Positions 1-6,092 of a DNA stretch of 10,909 nt are shown piece by piece (position 1 is the stretch's first letter; each line of letters begins with the position of its first letter). Below the pieces are notes generated by a model that was given only the letters and a program-made list of their open reading frames with translations, was not told where the DNA came from and did no database searches. Position numbers and translations under genes: made by a program. The DNA is from Candidatus Aenigmatarchaeota archaeon. GTDB taxonomy: Archaea; EX4484-52. The DNA is taken from assembly GCA_023137195.1 (NCBI GenBank), contig JAGLPV010000030.1:1-10909 (forward strand), read 5' to 3'.

Positions 1-107
1 TATTATTAACTCTTATTTGTAAGATTCTTCTTCTTACTTTTCCTATAATTCAATGCATTGCATATTTTTATTGTTTTGCTAATGATTAAGACGATAAAAA
101 ACAATAT

Positions 108-117
108 AAAGTTTAAG
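108..117 (+). promoter_or_regulatory. Putative archaeal BRE/TATA promoter of the toxin-antitoxin operon (AAAGTTTAAG)
   Basis: Ends 27 nt before ATG 144. The identical 10-mer lies about 30 nt upstream of yhhQ on the minus strand (8494-8503). An SD-like GGTGA is at 135-139. Confidence 0.5.
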
Positions 118-135
118 CACCAATATATATTAGTG
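118..135. promoter_or_regulatory. Near-perfect 18-bp palindrome CACCAATAT|ATATTAGTG, candidate TA autoregulatory operator
   Basis: 9+9 inverted repeat with one mismatch, between the TATA-like box and the antitoxin start. This is the usual position of type II TA operators. Confidence 0.4.
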
Positions 136-143
136 GTGATAAA

Positions 144-341
144 ATGGAAACTGTATGTATACCCAGAGAAAGATACAATTATTTGACAAAATGCGAACAT
201 CTGGTGGATATGGAGTTTGAAGAGAAATTCTCTGATGAGTTTGTAGCCGAAGTTAAAGAAAGCCAGAAAGCATACGAAAGAGGCGAATTTGTAGAAGTGA
301 ATAATGAAGAAGAGAGAAAGAAATTATTTGAATCCTTATAA
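144..341 (+). CDS. Putative type II antitoxin (small acidic protein, partner of a RelE/ParE toxin)
   Basis: 65 aa and very Glu-rich. It has an N-terminal ETVxIPxExY motif and a C-terminal FSDEFVAEVKESQKAYERGEFV segment resembling archaeal RelE-associated antitoxins. GGTGA SD upstream; lies directly upstream of the toxin frame. Confidence 0.75.
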   Translation: METVCIPRERYNYLTKCEHLVDMEFEEKFSDEFVAEVKESQKAYERGEFVEVNNEEERKKLFESL

Positions 342-598
342 TTCCAAGATATAAGGAAAATTATACAAACTATTTTTTGGATGATCTTAAAACAATCAAA
401 AAAGACAAAGTGTTGTTGGATAGACTGCATAAAAAAATAAATCAAATCATTGAAAACCCAGGACATTACCCATTAAAAAGACATAATTTGAGAGGTAAAA
501 GAAGTGCCCATATTGGCTGTTATGTCGTTCTTTTTGAAATTATGGGCGATGCGATACTATTTCATCGGTTTAAGCATCACGACCATGTTTACAAGTAG
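338..598 (+). CDS. RelE/ParE (YafQ/RelE-like) family toxin; natural start position is ATA at 338, ORF track uses TTG 377
   Basis: The frame is open from 332. From 338 it reads IIPRYKENYTNYFLDDLKTIKKDK...KKINQIIENP...LRGKRSAHIGCYVVLFEI...FKHHDHVYK. This matches the RelE pattern (Y-x-x-x-Y-T-x-x-F-x-x-D-L-K, I-x-x-N-P, L-x-G-x-R, H-H-D-x-V-Y) and is basic. Confidence 0.8.
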   Translation: MIPRYKENYTNYFLDDLKTIKKDKVLLDRLHKKINQIIENPGHYPLKRHNLRGKRSAHIGCYVVLFEIMGDAILFHRFKHHDHVYK

Positions 599-603
599 CT
601 TAT

Positions 604-1458
604 CTAATTCTTTGAATTTGTGTTTTCACAGATGTCTTTTAGGTTTTTGATTCCTGAGAGTACGGAGAATATTGCTAAGGAGATAAGGGCTACAAAATAA
701 GTTAGTTTTTTGAGTTCTTTGTCTTTATATTCTTTTAGGGTATCTATCCTGTCTTTAGTATTGATTTCAAAAGAATCTACCCTAGTTTCATTTTTATCCA
801 AAAAAATTATATCTATTGAAGTGTCTTCTTTTGAAGTAATAGGAATTGCAAACTGGCTTTTATTAAATCGTAAAATTTGGTTATCACCAGATATTCCAGT
901 GCCCATTTTATCAAAATACAAGATATTGATTCGAGTAATTATATTTTCTTTAAACTCTTCAGACATATTTATCTCGCACTTTATTGCTTCTCCTTCTACA
1001 AAACCATTATATTTGGAATTGCAATCTATGGGGAACTTATTCCTATATGTATTATCTGAATAAGGGAGATCTGATGGAAAATAAGCTCGCAAGAGGAATA
1101 TTCCAATCAGAAGAGTTAATGTAATTAGATACATTGCTGTTGATACATAGATATTTCCTTTGAATGAAATTTTATTTAAAATCCATAAAAATAAAAACCA
1201 TCCAATTATACCAATTAATAATAAAATACAAAGTGGAATTAAAATATCTTTAGTTAAAAATATATCCGAATAAAATTTTTCAAATGCGTCTATTATATAA
1301 CCCATAACCAATAAAAGAAGAATTATGCTTATTATTAACTCTATTTGATATTTGAATTCTTGAAAAAACTCTTTTAAACCTCTCTTCATTCTTTCGAATA
1401 AATTACAATATGTTTTTTTACCGACTTTGTTTTTTAGTTTCTTTTCTTTCTTTATCAT
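604..1458 (-). CDS. Hypothetical membrane protein: 3 N-terminal TM helices, a ~125-aa extracytoplasmic beta-rich domain, 1 C-terminal TM helix
   Basis: 284-aa ORF with a basic N-terminus, three hydrophobic stretches (about aa 39-59, 72-94, 103-123) and one at about aa 252-270. The loop has two Cys and sequons NMS, NKS and NET. Starts 10 nt after the NACHT stop. Confidence 0.8.
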   Translation of the reverse strand: MIKKEKKLKNKVGKKTYCNLFERMKRGLKEFFQEFKYQIELIISIILLLLVMGYIIDAFEKFYSDIFLTKDILIPLCILLLIGIIGWFLFLWILNKISFKGNIYVSTAMYLITLTLLIGIFLLRAYFPSDLPYSDNTYRNKFPIDCNSKYNGFVEGEAIKCEINMSEEFKENIITRINILYFDKMGTGISGDNQILRFNKSQFAIPITSKEDTSIDIIFLDKNETRVDSFEINTKDRIDTLKEYKDKELKKLTYFVALISLAIFSVLSGIKNLKDICENTNSKN

Positions 1459-1468
1459 ATCCAGATTA

Positions 1469-3277
1469 TTAAATATTCAAAATTTCTTCAATTGATTTTT
1501 CTGTTTTTTTATGTTCTGCTATTATTTTATCTAAAACATACATGGAACATTTATATTGAAAAGAATGTATGCCATATTTAGCAAATAGTTTGAATACTTT
1601 TTCATTGTCTTCATTTTTACTAAAAACCACATGTATAGGATAATTGTATTGATTTAAAAGTTTTTTTAATTCTTTGGAAAAACAAATTCTATTTCTGTAA
1701 GGAAATAATTCTCCACTACTAAAATGGTTTTTTTGAAATTCATATATATTTACATAATTATAATTAATAAAGGTCATTACCGAAACTCCATTATAGAACC
1801 CAACTGTCCAAGAACTGTCATTAATTAAATAAAAAGTATTTATATAGTTCTTGTAGTAATATACCAGAGATTCATCTTTACTAATACTACCCCATTTTGT
1901 TTCTTTTTTTATTTTCTTTAATTTATCTATCAAGTAATCTTCCTCAAATTTTTCTCTATCTATTTCAAAAACAAGTCTCATAGCGATATCAAAGTTTTTC
2001 TTATTTTCTAATTTTTCCAATAATTTTTTTCTTAATTTAGAATTTACATGCACGATGCATAATGCTGAAAAGTATTCTTGAAATGTTCTGTGTGTGAATG
2101 TGTATTTAATGCCGTCCGGTATAAGTACGCATATTGTTTTTGTTAAATCACAAAAAAAATTATTTTCATCAAAATCTAAATTTGTTATTTTTTTTGAAGA
2201 TTTCAAATATCCTAATGCTTCTTCTTTTGTAAAAGTTATTTTATTTTTCAAATAAGTATATAAACAAAAAAATGACAAAATCTTTTTGAAATCATCTATT
2301 TCTAAATTCGTATAATGTATTCTTTTATAGCCTGTTTTCGTAGCATCATGCTTGATAAAAAGCGTTTCAAATGCCATAGAATAAAAGAGATGTATTTTAT
2401 CAGGAATATCCGCATATTCTCTAAATGTCATTAACATAAGTATTAACAATAACGGATTTGATGCAAATGACTCATGCATGTCGTATAAGTTTACATTCAG
2501 TTCATTATAAAATTCTTTTTTTATTTTTTGATCATAATCAATTTTATCTATTAACTCTAATGATTTTTCTTTTGACAAAGGCAATACTTTCAACTCTACG
2601 AAAGTACTCCATGAAATGTATCTATTCTCTGGTCTTGAAGTGATAATAAAATTATTTTTATAATATTTGTCTTTGAGTTTTAAAAGTTCCCTTTCTATTT
2701 TATCTGTGTTTTTTTCTTCTATTTCATCAAACCCATCAAAAAATAAAATAAACTCACCACTTTCTAACAATTTTTCAAAATATTCTTTTTCTAGATTAAA
2801 ATTTAAATTGGATAGATTTTCATATATAGAATCTATTAATGCTTTTTCTGTATCTATATTTTTTAATTCAATAAATATCGGAATGTGACGTTGTCCTTTT
2901 ATTGTATTGAGAAATAGATGCTTGATTAATGTGGACTTTCCACAACCTGCCGTACCTGTAATCAAAATATTTTTACTTTTTGATGTTAAATTATCAATCT
3001 TGTTTGTATTGATTATCTTTTTTTTATTGTCTTCTAAATCAACATTAACATAAAAATCATATAAATTAACAGGAGTTTCTCTATATAATATTGTTTTCGT
3101 TTGAACATATTTATTTATTGAAGTTTTGTAATACTCTTCAAATGCTTTTTTTGTCTTAATAAGAATTTCATTATGAACATCGTTTCCAAAAGATACTGTT
3201 TTTTTAAATATATTATCAAACTTTTGATTAATAAATTCAACTGCTATTTTAATAAGATAATCTTCATATTCCGCCAT
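1469..3277 (-). CDS. NACHT-family STAND NTPase (NLR-related), putative antiviral defence protein
   Basis: 602 aa. Walker A GTAGCGKST (GTAGCGKS at 2933-2956), PIFIELK strand, Walker B FILFFDGFDEI, sensor IITSRP, NPLLL motif and winged-helix motif FTHRTFQEYFSA. Very AT-rich. Confidence 0.92.
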   Translation of the reverse strand: MAEYEDYLIKIAVEFINQKFDNIFKKTVSFGNDVHNEILIKTKKAFEEYYKTSINKYVQTKTILYRETPVNLYDFYVNVDLEDNKKKIINTNKIDNLTSKSKNILITGTAGCGKSTLIKHLFLNTIKGQRHIPIFIELKNIDTEKALIDSIYENLSNLNFNLEKEYFEKLLESGEFILFFDGFDEIEEKNTDKIERELLKLKDKYYKNNFIITSRPENRYISWSTFVELKVLPLSKEKSLELIDKIDYDQKIKKEFYNELNVNLYDMHESFASNPLLLILMLMTFREYADIPDKIHLFYSMAFETLFIKHDATKTGYKRIHYTNLEIDDFKKILSFFCLYTYLKNKITFTKEEALGYLKSSKKITNLDFDENNFFCDLTKTICVLIPDGIKYTFTHRTFQEYFSALCIVHVNSKLRKKLLEKLENKKNFDIAMRLVFEIDREKFEEDYLIDKLKKIKKETKWGSISKDESLVYYYKNYINTFYLINDSSWTVGFYNGVSVMTFINYNYVNIYEFQKNHFSSGELFPYRNRICFSKELKKLLNQYNYPIHVVFSKNEDNEKVFKLFAKYGIHSFQYKCSMYVLDKIIAEHKKTEKSIEEILNI

Positions 3278-3300
3278 ATTAGGATAAGTAATAATTAATC

Positions 3301-3308
3301 TATATAAA
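3301..3308 (-). promoter_or_regulatory. Putative TATA box (TTTATATA) for the NACHT gene, likely leaderless mRNA
   Basis: TTTATATA on the minus strand ends 24 nt before ATG 3277. No SD motif. Confidence 0.5.
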
Positions 3309-3382
3309 TATTAATCTTTATCAATAAATTCGGGAATTTTCTTCTCATTTACGCCCGTCTTATTTATTTCAACATTCACCAG

Positions 3383-3395
3383 ATACTTTTAAATA
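3383..3395 (+). promoter_or_regulatory. Putative BRE/TATA (ATACTTTTAAATA) for uvrB
   Basis: Ends 23 nt before ATG 3418, which supports a leaderless start there rather than TTG 3409. The same ATACTTTTAAA lies upstream of EF-1beta (7768-7778, minus strand). Confidence 0.5.
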
Positions 3396-3417
3396 TTATT
3401 ATTCTACATTGTATTCT

Positions 3418-5370
3418 ATGAACAAATTCCAATTAACCTCAACTTACACCCCAAAAGGAGACCAACCCCAGGCAATCAAACAACTAACCGACAACCTAAA
3501 ATCAAAAAAATTCCAAACCCTCCTCGGAGTCACCGGCTCCGGTAAAACCTTCACAATGGCAAATGTAATCCAAAACACCCAAAGACCAACCTTAATAATC
3601 TCCCACAACAAAACCTTAGCCGCCCAACTATACAGCGAATTCAAAGAATTTTTCCCAAATAACGCAGTAGAATATTTTGTCTCCTATTACGACTACTACC
3701 AGCCCGAAAGCTACATTGCCTCAACAGACACATACATCGCAAAAGACGCGGCAATAAACGACAAGATAGAATTGATGAGACTCTCGACAATAAAATCAAT
3801 AATCGAGAGAAAAGATGTAATCGTAATTGCATCTGTCTCCTGCATCTACGGCTCGGGACAAAAGCAGGATTACGAAGCAATGATTTTCCCTGTAAATAAA
3901 AACCAGAAGATTTCAAGAAACCAAATAATAAAACAGCTTGTGGATATGCAGTACGAAGCAAACAACATCGCCCCGAAAAAAGGGAATTTCAGGGTTTCAG
4001 GAGATACAATAGATGTATTTTTAAGCTATGAAAAAAGCATTTTGAAGATTGAAACATTCGGCGACGAAATAGAGGATATCTCTCTTCTTGATTCCATGAC
4101 AAATGAAATCATAGACACACCCAAACATTACAATATATTCCCTGCAAAGCATTTTGTGATGCCGGAAGAAAAACAGAACATGGCATTGGACAAAATAGAG
4201 GAAGAATTGCAGGATAGGATTAATTTTTTCATGGACAAAAATATGCTGGTGGAGGCAAAGAGGATTAAGCAGAGGACAGAATATGACCTTGAGATGATAA
4301 GGGAAATCGGGCACTGCAATGGGATTGAAAATTACTCAAGGCATTTTGACAACAGGAAGGAAGGACAGCCGCCTGCCACTTTGATTGATATGTTTGACAA
4401 AGATTACCTCCTGATGATTGACGAGTCTCATGCGACACTTCCTCAACTCCATGCTATGTATCACGGCGACCATGCAAGGAAAATGTCATTGATTGACAAT
4501 GGATTTAGATTAGAAAGTGCATACGACAACAGACCGTTAAAATTTGAGGAATTCTATAAGAAAGTAAACAATGCAGTATTTGTCTCTGCAACACCGTCTG
4601 CTTATGAAGTGGAGCAAAGCGGTAATGTGGTTGTCGAGCAGGTTGTAAGACCCACCGGCTTATTAGACCCAATAATAGAAATCCGACCGTGCAAAACGCA
4701 GGTAAAGGATGTGATTGTCCAGATTAAAAAAGAAATAAAGCACAAGAGGCGTGTGCTTGTGACGACCATTACAAAGAAGCAGGCAGAGGAATTATCGGCT
4801 TACCTTGACGAGCAGAAGATAAAGACAAGATGGCTTCACAGTGAGGTAAAGACTCTTGACAGGGCAAACATCATAAGGGATTTTCGGCTCGGAAAATTTG
4901 ATGTAATCTGCGGGGTGAATCTTTTAAGGGAAGGACTGGATATCCCGGAAGTCTCTCTTGTTGCGATTTTGGATGCAGACAAGGAAGGTTTTTTGAGGAA
5001 TACAACTTCCCTTGTTCAGACTGTGGGAAGAGCGTCGAGAAATATCCATTCAAGGGCAATACTTTATGCAGACAAACAAACCAAATCAGTAAAGGAGACC
5101 TATGACCAGATACAGAGTAGAAGAAAAGTTCAGGAAGCATACAATAAAAAGCACGGCATAACTCCAAAGACAATAGAGAAAAATATTGCAGCGCCAATGA
5201 GTGCTGAAGAAGAAAAAGAAACGATAAGTTTGAAGAAATTCAAGACAATAGAGGAAAAAGAAAAATATATTGTTGACCTTGAATTCAGGATGAAAGAAGC
5301 GGCAGAGAATCTGGACTTTGATATGGCAATAAGGTTAAGGGATGAACTGGAATTGATGAATGCTTCTTAA
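3418..5370 (+). CDS. uvrB: Excinuclease ABC subunit B (UvrB)
   Basis: Motifs PKGDQPQAI, Walker A LLGVTGSGKTFT, HNKTLAAQLY, beta-hairpin YFVSYYDYYQPE, GIENYSRH, IDESH, FVSATP, NLLREGLDIPEVSLVAILDADKEGFLR and GRASRN, plus a C-terminal UVR coiled coil (AAENLDFDMAIRLRDEL). Confidence 0.98.
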   Translation: MNKFQLTSTYTPKGDQPQAIKQLTDNLKSKKFQTLLGVTGSGKTFTMANVIQNTQRPTLIISHNKTLAAQLYSEFKEFFPNNAVEYFVSYYDYYQPESYIASTDTYIAKDAAINDKIELMRLSTIKSIIERKDVIVIASVSCIYGSGQKQDYEAMIFPVNKNQKISRNQIIKQLVDMQYEANNIAPKKGNFRVSGDTIDVFLSYEKSILKIETFGDEIEDISLLDSMTNEIIDTPKHYNIFPAKHFVMPEEKQNMALDKIEEELQDRINFFMDKNMLVEAKRIKQRTEYDLEMIREIGHCNGIENYSRHFDNRKEGQPPATLIDMFDKDYLLMIDESHATLPQLHAMYHGDHARKMSLIDNGFRLESAYDNRPLKFEEFYKKVNNAVFVSATPSAYEVEQSGNVVVEQVVRPTGLLDPIIEIRPCKTQVKDVIVQIKKEIKHKRRVLVTTITKKQAEELSAYLDEQKIKTRWLHSEVKTLDRANIIRDFRLGKFDVICGVNLLREGLDIPEVSLVAILDADKEGFLRNTTSLVQTVGRASRNIHSRAILYADKQTKSVKETYDQIQSRRKVQEAYNKKHGITPKTIEKNIAAPMSAEEEKETISLKKFKTIEEKEKYIVDLEFRMKEAAENLDFDMAIRLRDELELMNAS

Positions 5371-5894
5371 CTTAAAGGTACATTATCTCCTATGTTTGCT
5401 TCTGAAGGACAGTCTTCTTCCCATATCCTCAAACATTTCTGCTTTGCTTCGCACCACGTGTATCCTGCCATCAACATGCATCCATGTTCGTCTGTATCTC
5501 CACCGATGGCTCTTTCATGTTTGCAATAGCAATTGCATTGCCCTTCTTTTTCGCAATGTTTTAAATCCACAGTAGCCTGGCAAACGCCAATCTCTACATC
5601 ATCGTCGCGTATTTCGTCAGACCGCATACAATGCCCTGCATCATATTCCTTTTCGATACACTCTGAATTACATGTCTCTAAATTAAAAGTTTCACATGGC
5701 TCTTCCCATGTCCTCAGGCATTTCTGCTTTGCCTCGCACCATGTATATCCAGCCGTATTTAAACAGCCGTGTTCATCTGTCTCTCCACCAATAGATTCAT
5801 CCATATGTGAATCATCAGTATTGCTAAACAAAATTCCACTAGCGAGTATAACACAAAATGCCACAATTCCATAAACTATTTTTTTGTTTTCCAT
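5367..5894 (-). CDS. Secreted or membrane-anchored Cys-rich protein with two GGxxDEHGC...AGYTWCEAKQKCLRxWEE repeats
   Basis: 175 aa with a signal-like N-terminus (MENKK plus hydrophobic core) and 16 Cys in the mature part. Two 33-aa repeats. AGGT lies directly before the ATG. Stop overlaps the uvrB stop (TTAA 5367-5370). Confidence 0.85.
   Translation of the reverse strand: MENKKIVYGIVAFCVILASGILFSNTDDSHMDESIGGETDEHGCLNTAGYTWCEAKQKCLRTWEEPCETFNLETCNSECIEKEYDAGHCMRSDEIRDDDVEIGVCQATVDLKHCEKEGQCNCYCKHERAIGGDTDEHGCMLMAGYTWCEAKQKCLRIWEEDCPSEANIGDNVPLS
5409..5507 (-). repeat. Intragenic 99-bp repeat copy 2 (IGGDTDEHGCMLMAGYTWCEAKQKCLRIWEEDC)
   Basis: 27/33 aa identical to copy 1 at 5694-5792. Many synonymous differences at the DNA level. 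Confidence 0.93.
5694..5792 (-). repeat. Intragenic 99-bp repeat copy 1 (IGGETDEHGCLNTAGYTWCEAKQKCLRTWEEPC)
   Basis: 27/33 aa identical to copy 2 at 5409-5507. Confidence 0.93.
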
Positions 5895-5941
5895 ACCTAT
5901 TATTTCTTAAATTAAAATTTATTAAATGTTTTGTAAGTGCA

Positions 5942-6092
5942 GAACCATTAAAATCCACGGAAGACACAAGAACATAGGAGAAGAAAACAAATCACTTTCC
6001 TGTGGATTAAGTCGGTTCCTGTGGGTTCCGTACGTTATTCAACAAAGTTGAATATGCAGAAAATCTCTGATTTTCTCGCATCCTGTGGATTA
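5942..6092. repeat. Structured intergenic repeat element (REP/MITE-like, or secY 3' UTR/terminator structure)
   Basis: TCCTGTGGATTA exact at 5998-6009 and 6081-6092, with a variant TCCTGTGGGTT at 6017-6027 and an inverted variant AATCCACGGAA at 5952-5962. Perfect 8-bp hairpins TATTCAAC-AAA-GTTGAATA (6036-6054) and AGAAAATC-TCT-GATTTTCT (6058-6076). Confidence 0.7.

Noticed and set aside
51-63. Short palindromes CAATGCATTG / ATGCATTGCAT
   Set aside because: Only 10-11 bp with no clear promoter context; plausible by chance.
6-200. 64-aa minus-strand ORF with a hydrophobic stretch and basic tail
   Set aside because: Overlaps the antitoxin and its promoter in antisense and is low-complexity AT-rich. 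It could be a gene remnant, but nothing supports that.
179-2888. Shadow ORFs 179-466, 710-1063, 877-1059, 2458-2643 and 2667-2888
   Set aside because: Antisense to well-supported genes, with the Ser/Phe/Ile-rich composition typical of reverse frames.
1-3400. Island as an integrated mobile element or provirus
   Set aside because: No integrase, transposase, att-like repeat or viral gene is visible in the window. Only composition and gene content suggest an accessory origin.
3409-3417. TTG start for uvrB from the ORF track
   Set aside because: ATG 3418 fits the usual UvrB N-terminus (MxxFxL) and the TATA spacing better.
5409-5792. The two 99-bp repeats as a DGR template/variable repeat pair
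   Set aside because: Both are in-frame coding, differences are mostly synonymous and not adenine-specific, and no reverse transcriptase is present.
5942-6092. Mini-CRISPR array or tRNA/SRP RNA
   Set aside because: Repeats are only 11-12 bp with irregular spacing, there are no cas genes, and no cloverleaf/T-loop or SRP helix 8 motif is recognisable.
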